The notes beneath the pieces are model-generated. The model saw only the letters and a list, made by a program, of their open reading frames with translations. It was not told where the DNA came from and made no database searches. From a virus (Duplodnaviria; Caudoviricetes): a stretch of DNA of 64,000 nucleotides. A program made the position numbers and the translations under genes. How positions within the stretch are numbered: the first letter of the stretch is position 1; every line of letters begins with the position of its first letter. Below, piece by piece: positions 47,859-57,974 of this stretch. The stretch is taken from positions 1 to 64,000 of the IMG/VR virus record IMGVR_UViG_2623620552_000001; one strand, given 5' to 3'.

Positions 47859-50235
47859 ATGAGTAGAGTTACAGAGTACAGAAAGACTACACCTTTCTAC
47901 ATTTACTACAATCCCAATCCATTGGGCAATGAGAAGAAAGCATGGGACAGAGGCGATTGCGTTATTCGTGCTTTTGCGGTAGCATTAGACATAACTTGGA
48001 TAGAAGCTTTTGATATTCTATCAGCAGAGGCAAGGCGCACCTACAACGTTGCTGAAGACGACAAAGTATGGGATGCCGTTCTAAAGAGTATGGGTGCAAT
48101 CTATCACGGAATAAAGCCCGAAGCAGGAAAGAAGCGAATAACTGTTGAGGAGTTCTGTAAGACGCACCCTAAAGGGAACTACTTTGTTTCTGTATCAGGG
48201 CATTGCACCGCCGTTGTCAATGGTGTATGCGTTGACACTTGGAATCCTGCTAAGAAAGCAGTTTGTCGTTATTATGAGATTAAGTTAAAGAAGTAAGCAA
48301 TGAATAAGAAAGAACTCTTTAAAAAGGACTTCGCCCGCATCCGTCGCAAGATTGAAAAGTACAACAAGGAACTTGCCGACTACGTTAAGATGACTGGCGA
48401 CAACGAAGTGCCCGATATAGATAGTACTATTATCGGCACCTCACCGATGAACCCAATAGAGGTAAAAGAACTGCCTAATGGTGTTTCATACACAGACGAT
48501 GGTTGGTGGGAGAACATAACCGTAGAATCGGTATACGGAGAGTATTGGCTATCGGGCGAAGATGAACTCGACGACCTGCTGAAATATAACCGCCGCCGAC
48601 TTCGCAAAGGTGTTCGCGTTTGGAAATCAGAAAACCCAGATATTGAATTAGAAAAAGACGACGATTAATTATGAGTATAGAAATTAACGGGAAGAAAATA
48701 CAGTCGTGCGAAGGTTGCGCACTGTATGAGAATTGCAAGAAAAGCAATAGAGAAAACGATGAAAGCGGTTGCTTGTGGTCTACTATACATTTCATAGTCA
48801 AGGACTATAAGAGAATGTTTAACAGGTTTCAAGAGTTGGAGCCTTCTATTAAGAAGAAGAATGAGAAACTGAAAGAGGACAGAGATAGGATTATCGAACT
48901 TATTCATAAGTTAGACGAGAAGCAAGTAGAGGCAATGTCTGACGAGCGTTTGAAAACAATGTTTAGAACACTTACTTCTTCTGTAAAGAGGTTGAAAGAA
49001 GAAAAGGAAGCGTTACAAAACGAAGTAAAACTACTATATGCTCAGATAGACGAAACCAAGAATAGCCGTAACGCTGTTGTCGAAGCGGTAACAGCAGACC
49101 TTGAAGAAAAGTTAGAAGAGGCGAATAATAAGATAAAGCTACTTGCGAGTGCGGTAGTAGACCCAGAGAAAGCAGATTCCGTTTTCTTACAATCTTGCAA
49201 AGTTCACACTATAGAAACAGATGACGACAAGAAATGGATGGCGGGCGCAATGAGGCAGTTAGAGAAAGCGTCTATGAAATTACTTACAGTTGACGAGCGT
49301 CTTTCTCGTTATGAAGAAACATTAAAAGAGAATAATGGTGAGTTGACTACGAGCGTTGAAAAGATTATAAAGAAAGCAATGAATAGCATCAGTAGTACTA
49401 TCTCTCATATAGAATGCTTTATGGATAAAGTAGGTAACATAAAAATAGAAGAAGATGAATAAAGAAGAAAGAGTTGACGAGCAGCCCACGCAGCTGCCTG
49501 ACGAAACTAACGAAGAGTATGCCGAAAGGCTTAGATTCTTAAACCCATACTTTTACTAAGAAATGAAAAAGATAGAGTTTAGCAAATACCAGTTAACGTT
49601 ATTTGAAAAAGCCGTGCGGTATATGATAAGTGACCTCCAGTATGAACGGCATCAAGCACTTGCTCATGGTTGCGCAGGAGGGAGTTATGATAAGGAGATA
49701 GAAGAGTATAAACAACTAGAAAATATAATAAGCAATGCAAGGTCAGCAAATGATTAACATAGAAGAACATAGAGTTCCTAAGTTTACGGAACACCCTAAT
49801 GGTTTTGAGGTTGTAAGCAATGACGGCTCTATAAAGATAGTTCTTCAACATACTACCGTTATGAATGGTAGTATGGAAAGTGATTTCTACTCTACTAAAA
49901 CCTGGATAAAAGAAGAAAGTGGTTGGATAGAGGTTAACGGAACGCAGACATACCCCACCAAAGAGGCTTTTATAGAGGTTATCCGTGACAACGAAGATTT
50001 TACACAAGCAATGAGAGATTACGAAGAATATAAGTTTAACATTTAAAACAATAATGAGATTATGAAGAAAGAAAAATGGATTCTAAAAGTTCGCAACCAG
50101 TTAGCGAGCCTCGCCATGGAATGCGACAGCGCAGCAGCGATTGAAGGCGCAAAGATGACACCAGGCGAACGCGAAGATTTACAAAACAAACTACGCGACG
50201 CTTATAGGTGGATAGACAAGAAACTTGGTTTTTAA
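47859..50235 (+). CDS. Early operon of hypotheticals (47859-48296 with GDCVIRA...GH motif; 48300-48668; 48671-49462 coiled coil; 49563-49757; 49735-50046; 50062-50235)
   Basis: Starts at the promoter motif 47817-47828; the Cys/His pattern of the first ORF suggests a papain-like fold (tentative). Confidence 0.65.
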
Positions 50236-50261
50236 TGGTATGTTGTATCCCTATGATGGGA

Positions 50262-50296
50262 AGTGGCACACAGTCCGCGATGGATAGTGTGCCACT
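50262..50296. terminator. Terminator hairpin between converging genes
   Basis: AGTGGCACAC...GTGTGCCACT. Confidence 0.65.
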
Positions 50297-50297
50297 A

Positions 50298-51194
50298 TTA
50301 TTTTAACACATAGTAAACTGCTTTTAGAGGGAGAAGCAGTCTATCTTCTTCGGAAAGTAGTTCGTAATTATCAATCCATAACTTTACTAACTCCGTAGAA
50401 CCTATGAGACGTATGTTGCTTTTGTGTTCTCGGGCAAAACGGATAGCCTCGTTGGTAAATGTACCTGAAGAGAAAACAATGCCCGTATCGCCGTCTTTTT
50501 TTAGTAATGCCGCAAGGTTACGAACTACGGTAACATCTATTGCGGTAGTTGGCATATGTTTCACTTGTGCGATGATGCGCTGCCCTACCCCAGCAGCATT
50601 CTCATAAGCTACAATGTCTATTCCTCCGTCTTTGCCTTTAGGCGCAATGAAAGGTGTATAGTAACCCATACCACGCAAAAGTGTTGCACATAAGTCCTGG
50701 AACTCATAAGGGTTCATCGCTTTTATTCTCTTGCTGATACCTTCTTGTGCCGTACTTTCGGCTTCCGCTACTATTATTTCGTCTGTCAGTTCCGAAACCT
50801 CTTCTACATCTTCGTCTATCGTTTCGTGCTTATCATTCTCTTTCTGATATTGACGATAAGCCGTATGTGCGATTTCAAACACTTGCTGCGGTGTCAAGGC
50901 GAGTGCTTTTTCTCCTTCTTCGGTAAGATACCATACACCTGCGTCTTTTCTTATCAGACCTGCCTTAACATACTCTACAGAATAGAAAACGGAGTTTACA
51001 AACCAACGTGGCTGCGGTGTCTTTTCTGACGTGTTAGCACTCTCCCAATCATTGAATGTTAAGATAGTTGGTATCTTCTCCTTGATTGCCGCAAAAGACA
51101 TTGTACCCTCGTTTTGCTTTATCAGCTTCATTGCTTCATACATAGTCCTTGCGACAACGGAAGCCGACCTTGATAGTTCTTTGTTTTCGCCCAT
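50298..51194 (-). CDS. Mrr-family (type IV) restriction endonuclease
   Basis: Mrr_N-like GVWYLTEEG; MNPYEFQDL, DGGIDI, AQVK, FSSGTFT..A, IRLIG; own TACCTTTG promoter at 51220-51227. Confidence 0.88.
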   Translation of the reverse strand: MGENKELSRSASVVARTMYEAMKLIKQNEGTMSFAAIKEKIPTILTFNDWESANTSEKTPQPRWFVNSVFYSVEYVKAGLIRKDAGVWYLTEEGEKALALTPQQVFEIAHTAYRQYQKENDKHETIDEDVEEVSELTDEIIVAEAESTAQEGISKRIKAMNPYEFQDLCATLLRGMGYYTPFIAPKGKDGGIDIVAYENAAGVGQRIIAQVKHMPTTAIDVTVVRNLAALLKKDGDTGIVFSSGTFTNEAIRFAREHKSNIRLIGSTELVKLWIDNYELLSEEDRLLLPLKAVYYVLK

Positions 51195-51404
51195 AGATGA
51201 TTAAATTTTCTGATTAAAGCAAAGGTATTCATTAGTAAAAGCCAAAATATAAAAATAATAGATTTTTTACTTAATGAATCTTAATTTTATTAGTTTTATC
51301 CAAATTATTATTAATTTATTACACCAATATTATTATTTATGATACTTTATTATTAATTTTGGAGTGTAGAAATAATTAATTCACTAAAGATAGGAGATAC
51401 AACA

Positions 51405-52643
51405 ATGAAGAAAAAGATTAATTTTAACGATGCAAGTTTTAAGGAAGTTATAGGTACTTCTAGTTACAGAGGTTATGTTAAAACTACCGCAAACGCACTT
51501 TCAATGGTGCTCGGTTCTCCAATGTCAGGAGATGGCGACAAGACGACTTATGAATGGTATAAGAAATACGGCTCAGTAGTATTTACTATCTACGATTACA
51601 AGGAGTATGCCGGTATCACTAAGAACACAGAAGTTGAATACCATATTGGTACCAAGTGCCCAGAAGATACAGGCATCATCGTCGGCATACTCGCAGGTCT
51701 TGGTTTTAACGCTTATATCGAAAAATAAAGGAGAAAAGAATATGTTACAATCAGAGTTTTTTGAAAGAACGCATATCACCCTCACAGGCGAGGAATATGC
51801 CGACGTGGAGTGCCTTTACAACGCTGTAAAGATGGATAAGGACGAGTTTTGCAAGCGATGGGTGTCGGAGAAGAAAAACCCACTATTCAAGGAACTTGCG
51901 GAGGCTTTTTGCAATGAGTACAGGATGCACCTTTCCGACATCAATCAGATGCAAGCAAACGGAAAGTCCTACAACGAAGAGATTAACCGCCTCAAAGGCC
52001 AGTTAGCAGAGAAAGACCGCATCCGTGAAGAAATGCTTAACGAAGCCAACAAAAGAAATGGTGAGCATCTTACCGATTTTGCAAAGAAGATAATCCTTTC
52101 GGGTGTTGAGGACGAAACCCTATACGACATCATCGAAGAGGAGTGCGGTATCAAGTTTATCATACTCGTTAAGAGGGAGGCTGGAATGCCTTTGTCTGAG
52201 AGCGAGATTGACTACATGGTGGGCAAGTTATAAGCCCGCCATGTAACTTGCCAAGAGAACTCGATTAAATATGGTTTAACATAAATATTACAACAATGAA
52301 CAACGGATTTATTTTTAAAAACGGCAGTATCAAGAGAATGCCAATGGAGAACGAAGTAGTTTCGGCAAGCGGAACAAGTGAAGAACAGAAAAAGGTATGC
52401 CCCGGATGCGGACGTGAGTTGCCGTTGTCGGCTTTCAACAAACACCCAAGGTCTGCTGACGGACATATGAAAGAATGCAAGGAGTGTACCCGTCGGCGGT
52501 TGCACTCTTCTAAAAAGTCGGCTAAAAGCAACCCACTGGCGCAATTCACGGCCAGAGAACTCATGAAGGAGTTAAAGACTCGCGGCTATGAGGGCATTCT
52601 GGAATACACTACAGTACAAAGGATTAACATTAGTGATATGTAA
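51405..52643 (+). CDS. Three early genes (51405-51728; 51742-52233; 52296-52643 with a CPGC...CKEC zinc finger)
   Basis: Promoter motif 51354-51365 and conserved leader; zinc-finger motif. Confidence 0.7.
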
Positions 52644-52796
52644 GCCTTATGACAACATCAGAACAGAGATTTTTCGATAGCGTTCCTCGCCGGTTAGACG
52701 GAATAGAGCGCAACTTGGAGAAGATAAGCGAGTGTTTGGAGAAGATCACCGACATCGTTACTATTATCTACGGAAGCAAAGAATAGACAAACAGAA

Positions 52797-52825
52797 GGGC
52801 GGTATGCAAAAACCGCATATCGCCC
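52797..52825 (+). terminator. Stem-loop ending the early operon
   Basis: GGGCGGTATGC-AAAAACC-GCATATCGCCC. Confidence 0.55.
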
Positions 52826-52994
52826 GAAGTTTAACATACCTCTTACGCTTTTCACAAAGCAAGAGATACAACAATGAGTTGCAAAAATAAGAATATATTG
52901 CGAGATTCGCAAGTTTTTTAAAGATTATTTGGACTTCTGATATATTTTTATTAATTTTGGAGTTCAAAACTAAAGATAAAGAAAGGGTACAACA

Positions 52995-53753
52995 ATGAGA
53001 GGTGCAATTATCGGTGATATTATCGGTTCAAGATTTGAGTTTAACAACCTCAGAGAAAAAGAGTTCGACTTCTTTACAGAAGAATGTGACTTTACAGATG
53101 ATACAATATGTACGGTAGCTATAATGGAAGCTATCTTGGAAAATGATTTGGATTACGCAAGGCATTTACAGAAGTGGTGTAGAAAATATTCTTTCCCGAA
53201 AGGCGGATATGGAGCGTCTTTTGCCCAGTGGGTCAACAATCCCAATCCTCAGCCTTACAACAGCTTTGGCAATGGTGCGGCAATGAGAGTTAGTCCTGTT
53301 GCATGGGCTTTCAATACGGTAGGAGAGACTATTTCTCAGGCTATCGCTACCGCTAACGTATCACATAACCACCCCGAAGGCATCAAAGGTGCTATCGCCA
53401 CTGTTCACGCCATAATGCGCCTTGAAGCATCTAAGGATAAGACACAAGCAATAATTACAGAGCAGATGTATTACGACCCATTCCAGTCTTATGAAAGAGG
53501 GAGGTTCGACGAAACCTGTCAAGGTACAGTTCCCGTTGCTCTAAGAATAATAGACGATAGTTCTTCTTTTGAAGATGCAATGCAACTCACAATGCAATGG
53601 GGAGGAGATAGCGATACGCTCGGTGCTATCGTTGGCGGTATGGCAGAAGCCCTCTATGGCGTACCAGAATATCTGTGGTCGCAAGCAGAGGCATTCTTGC
53701 CCTTTGAAATGAAGATGATAATTGAAGAGTTTTATAAAAGGTTTGTAATATGA
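52995..53753 (+). CDS. ADP-ribosylglycohydrolase (DraG/ARH family)
   Basis: GAIIGDIIGS, FTDDT, SFGNGAAMRVSP, SHNHPEG, GGDSDTLGAIVG. Confidence 0.93.
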   Translation: MRGAIIGDIIGSRFEFNNLREKEFDFFTEECDFTDDTICTVAIMEAILENDLDYARHLQKWCRKYSFPKGGYGASFAQWVNNPNPQPYNSFGNGAAMRVSPVAWAFNTVGETISQAIATANVSHNHPEGIKGAIATVHAIMRLEASKDKTQAIITEQMYYDPFQSYERGRFDETCQGTVPVALRIIDDSSSFEDAMQLTMQWGGDSDTLGAIVGGMAEALYGVPEYLWSQAEAFLPFEMKMIIEEFYKRFVI

Positions 53754-54079
53754 AAAGAGAAGATTTAATCAAGCAATGCCGCTATTACAGCGGAGAAGAG
53801 GTGTGTCCTTTTACAGAAGAGAGGATGCAATGGTTCTGGGATATGGAAAGGGTGTATGTAGAGACCGAAGGTAAGTTTGTTGGAGAAACGGAGACCTATC
53901 ATAAACTCGACGGACGGAGATACACAGGCATCCCTCATAACTTACTAATGGTAATGTTCACAGGATGGGCAAAGTATACCGCTGATATGGAAAAGCATTT
54001 AGAGGATTTCTATGACCTTATGGAGGTATATCTTGATATAGTAAGCGACCATATCTCAAAGACGGCAATACCGGGTTAG
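53750..54079 (+). CDS. Hypothetical protein, candidate immunity partner
   Basis: Translationally coupled to ARH; its 3' end overlaps the MuF-ART stop. Confidence 0.65.
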   Translation: MKREDLIKQCRYYSGEEVCPFTEERMQWFWDMERVYVETEGKFVGETETYHKLDGRRYTGIPHNLLMVMFTGWAKYTADMEKHLEDFYDLMEVYLDIVSDHISKTAIPG

Positions 54080-56736
54080 TAACCGATATTGCTGTCTAAT
54101 ACATAAGAGAGGTCTTTAATCTCTTGACCCACGATTTCAACATCTATATAGGTCTTATATCCGTCGTTATAGACTTTCGTTATTCTCATTTTTGTTCCTC
54201 TCTGGAAGAGCGTTTCATCTTCTCTACTAAACCTTTTATATCTTGTTACTCCGTCCCACTTAACGCTTTGGGCTCCTTCTCCAAACTGACTAAAAGGCTC
54301 TACATAGGCAGCTTTCGTCCCTTTAGGTGCAAAGATATTAATTACGACTTCATTACTACTGAATCCTGAACTACGACGTGAACCAGTACTCATAAAACCG
54401 CCCTCTTGCATTGTCATACCAACAAGGTCTTCTATCTTATTGGGCCACTTGCCGCCGGCAAACTCTATTCGTGAACGGATAACAGATATATCTCTATCGC
54501 CACGCATGAACCACATATCTTTTGGCAGAGGGTTTCTTTCAATGTATCGGGTTATGAGATTGACCTTTGTTTCAAAGTTTGTCCTTGATTGGCTGCCTAC
54601 ATAGCGGCGACCTTGCAACGGCTCATTCTTGTCGCAATAATGGTGTGTATATTCATATATCTTCTCTCGCTCCATTTTTGTTGCTGCTTGCCATGCTTTT
54701 GAAGCGGTTGGGAAGAGGGTATCGTCAGCAAGTTGTCCGTTGCCAGTGTCCCATACGGCGGCTTTCTTTCTCTCTTCGCTGAATATCTCGCTAATACCTT
54801 TCCCTTTCTTAGCATAACCTCTATCATATTCTATCTGTTTCTTCTTGGCTTCGGCTTTACTTAGAAGTTCCTGTGCAGCATTAAGGTCTGACTTACTTGA
54901 TACAGCAGATTCTATATCGCTCAGTATATTGTTAAACGGTACGCTCTTAGTATCAAAGGCTTTAAGTTCTGTCAGTGCGCTTTCTATCTTCTGCCAATCA
55001 ATGATAGATTGTGTTTCCTTTATGAGTTTCAGATATGCGCTCTCGGCAACTTTTGATGTAGGATAAAGGTTGTGAGGTTTGAGATAAGTGCTATCAACGA
55101 CATACAATGCTTCTGAATTAAGTTTAGAGAGCAAGTATTCCTCTAACGAAGCATATTTTGATTTAAGATAGCTGTTCGTCGCATAGTTGCCGCTCCATTT
55201 TGCAACATTATTACTAACAACTTTTTCTACTTCCTTAATATCGGAGAGAGAGAATTGTTTTAACCATTCCCTTGCGTCAGGAACTGTCTTTTCTATCAAT
55301 GCCGCCTCTTTGTTTATTCTTGCTATCTCCTTTGCAAGAGCTCTACTATATTCCCTTGTAGCAATAGTATCGCCTTTGATAATAGCATTACGAAGCATTG
55401 ACTTCATGCCGATTGTTTCGGTGTATTCGAGTTTGTCGGCAACCTGCCAAACATTCTTACCTGTCTTAATGATAAGGGCATTCTTTGCTTTTCGTTCATC
55501 CCAACGGCGCTGAATGTCTGCCTTTTCGGCTTCTGTCTTAACTCTCTTAACCCTTGCGATACTTGGCTGATAACCCATTTTAAGAAGTTCCTCGGGCGAA
55601 AATTGCTTGCCCACATACTTCATATTATCACGCCAAATCCAACCAAGTTTTCCACGTTCACCAGCGGATATAAACTTATCCCTGTTAGCATCAATCCACT
55701 GCTTTGCACGGTCAGGTAAATCTTTGACAGCATTCGGAGAAACATATCCGCTCATATCCTCGCCAGCAGCCAAACGGCGATAAAATTCCTTCTTCTCCTC
55801 TCCTTGTATTGTGATGGGATTAGACATACAAAGGCATTGTGGGTGCCAACCCGTGAAGATAAAGTCTTTCGGGTAGCGTCCAGCCAGTTCGTCGCACTCG
55901 TCTGGTGCAGGGTGTTGTGGCGACAAGTCTATAACAATGCCGATGACAAACGGCTCCATCTGCCATCGTTCCGCATTGGCACGGTGGTAGGCTCCGTTTA
56001 TCTCTGTCCGCATCAGTCTGTCAGCGTTCCGCTTTGACGAGCGATAATGACCCATACCGACTTTTTCCAATGGCTCTTCTACGAAACGTACTTTTCCGTT
56101 CTCGTCCACAATACGTCTGCGCCACTTTACAACATCTTTCTTATTGCCTTGTGCATCGACTACGGTACGATGATAGCGGCGATACATCATATCGGGGTTA
56201 TTAAGATACTGACGGACTTGCAAACCGAGTGATGCCGCACTTGTGCCTTTCTTTAATCCGTCAGCAAGGACATTCGACACTGCCATCTCAAACTCCGCTT
56301 TCGTCTGAGAGCAATAGTTCCAAACAAGTTGAGAGAGGTTTAATCCTTCGGAGGTTTTTAGGCGATTGCGAATAAACGTTTCTGCGGCGGTATTTCTTGC
56401 TTGGCTTATTGCTTTATTGGAGAGGATAGAAAAACCCGAGAGAACCGCATTATCGTGCGAATACGCCAATGCTACGCCATCTGTTATGCCGGCACGATAG
56501 GCTAACATATCCTTTTGAACGTAATCAGAGAAGATTTCGTTGAGTTCCTCACGTAATTCGGGATAGTTGCCGAAGCGATAGAGCACATTCTTCTCTAAGA
56601 AGTCCTCTACACCAACACCTGACTTATGAGCAATAACGGTAAGGCGGTCTATGAACTTGTCATAGAGGGTTTCAAGGCGCTTGGAGTAAGCACCAAACAT
56701 TGCCGTTAGTTGTTTCCGTTTCTGCTCGTTTGTCAT
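54076..56736 (-). CDS. MuF (SPP1 gp7-like) minor head protein fused to a C-terminal VIP2-type ADP-ribosyltransferase
   Basis: RLMRTE...CD.LAG.YPK...WHPQCLC MuF motifs; C-terminal FMRGD, FMSTG and EDE (R-S-ExE). Confidence 0.9.
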   Translation of the reverse strand: MTNEQKRKQLTAMFGAYSKRLETLYDKFIDRLTVIAHKSGVGVEDFLEKNVLYRFGNYPELREELNEIFSDYVQKDMLAYRAGITDGVALAYSHDNAVLSGFSILSNKAISQARNTAAETFIRNRLKTSEGLNLSQLVWNYCSQTKAEFEMAVSNVLADGLKKGTSAASLGLQVRQYLNNPDMMYRRYHRTVVDAQGNKKDVVKWRRRIVDENGKVRFVEEPLEKVGMGHYRSSKRNADRLMRTEINGAYHRANAERWQMEPFVIGIVIDLSPQHPAPDECDELAGRYPKDFIFTGWHPQCLCMSNPITIQGEEKKEFYRRLAAGEDMSGYVSPNAVKDLPDRAKQWIDANRDKFISAGERGKLGWIWRDNMKYVGKQFSPEELLKMGYQPSIARVKRVKTEAEKADIQRRWDERKAKNALIIKTGKNVWQVADKLEYTETIGMKSMLRNAIIKGDTIATREYSRALAKEIARINKEAALIEKTVPDAREWLKQFSLSDIKEVEKVVSNNVAKWSGNYATNSYLKSKYASLEEYLLSKLNSEALYVVDSTYLKPHNLYPTSKVAESAYLKLIKETQSIIDWQKIESALTELKAFDTKSVPFNNILSDIESAVSSKSDLNAAQELLSKAEAKKKQIEYDRGYAKKGKGISEIFSEERKKAAVWDTGNGQLADDTLFPTASKAWQAATKMEREKIYEYTHHYCDKNEPLQGRRYVGSQSRTNFETKVNLITRYIERNPLPKDMWFMRGDRDISVIRSRIEFAGGKWPNKIEDLVGMTMQEGGFMSTGSRRSSGFSSNEVVINIFAPKGTKAAYVEPFSQFGEGAQSVKWDGVTRYKRFSREDETLFQRGTKMRITKVYNDGYKTYIDVEIVGQEIKDLSYVLDSNIGY

Positions 56737-57894
56737 TTACCTCTTCTTTTTCTTTTTCAATGTATTCAGAATATACTCCTTACTAACGCTTGCAATAGTG
56801 CGAGTATTCTTATTGCTTGCTCTTGTAAAATTGACAAGACATTTGCCAAACTCCTCTGAATTAACCGCACCGCTATCCTTGAAAGCCATAGCACGCATGG
56901 AGCCACCCCATATCTTATGATTACGAAGAAACTCCGTTCCGCAGCATTCGGCACCGCAACCATAACGGCTGCTGATAAGGTTGTCGGCATTGAAGAACTT
57001 TACTCCGTGCTTCTTTCCGAGATAGGTATAGGTGGAAAGCATACTACGTTTACTTTCCTCGTTATATACCCTATCGCCACTCTCTATCGTTCCATTCTTC
57101 TTAAAGTAGCCGAGGACATCATAGCCAAGAGCGTCGCCAATCTTCTTGTAGATTTGCTTCTCCTTGCCTGATGCGATAACTCTTATCTTCAAGCCTTCCG
57201 TTTCAAAGCCCCATGCACCACATTCTTTAAGCATACCAATGAAGCGGTCTGCTACCTTTTCCGAGTAAGGCAAGATAAAAGGCTGAATACGGACTGTAAT
57301 ACGGAAGCCCATCTCCGATAGTTTCTTAATAGCAGCAAACCTGCGAGAGGGTGATATTGCGCCACATTCAATCTGTCGTGCTATATTATCGTCACAGAAT
57401 GAGCAACTGACATTAAGGGCGATGTTTGAATTCTTAAACTCCTCGGCATAAGAAAGAAATACTTCGGGGTTCTTGGTGGAAATCTGCACTGGATAGTCAA
57501 TCTTATCAAACACCTTTAAGCAATCATAGGTGATATGCTCCCATTTCTCTACCACAGGAAAAGGGTCTGCCGTAGCACCAATCTTTACAGGAATGCGCTC
57601 TTTGAAAGCCACTTCGGCTGCTTTGGTGTAGTCATAAGGACTGGCAAGCGTCTTTTCTACCCAGCGCACAAGCCCTTTCGGGTCATTGCCCTCCAAATAT
57701 GATTGTTTTCGGTGTTCTTCGCTCTGATTTCTGCGAGTAAACTCAATGAAATCCCTTGCAAAGCAGAACAAGCAACCATAAGTGCAGCCCCTATAAGTAT
57801 CGAAATGGAACGGTATCGGACAGACACAGAACTGACTTGTAACACTCGGTGCCCAAAACTTCCTCTCTATCTTTCTTTCTCTTTCGTCTGCCAT
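56737..57894 (-). CDS. Radical SAM protein (spore-photoproduct-lyase-like)
   Basis: DTYRGCTYGCLFCFAR (CxxxCxxC), ADPF, ISTK, VRIQPFI. Confidence 0.88.
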   Translation of the reverse strand: MADERERKIERKFWAPSVTSQFCVCPIPFHFDTYRGCTYGCLFCFARDFIEFTRRNQSEEHRKQSYLEGNDPKGLVRWVEKTLASPYDYTKAAEVAFKERIPVKIGATADPFPVVEKWEHITYDCLKVFDKIDYPVQISTKNPEVFLSYAEEFKNSNIALNVSCSFCDDNIARQIECGAISPSRRFAAIKKLSEMGFRITVRIQPFILPYSEKVADRFIGMLKECGAWGFETEGLKIRVIASGKEKQIYKKIGDALGYDVLGYFKKNGTIESGDRVYNEESKRSMLSTYTYLGKKHGVKFFNADNLISSRYGCGAECCGTEFLRNHKIWGGSMRAMAFKDSGAVNSEEFGKCLVNFTRASNKNTRTIASVSKEYILNTLKKKKKR

Positions 57895-57974
57895 AGCTCT
57901 TTTTTTTAAAGAGAAAGCGTACCCGAAAGATATGGGTATCAGGCACGCTTTCCAAACTACAGATTTTTATATGG

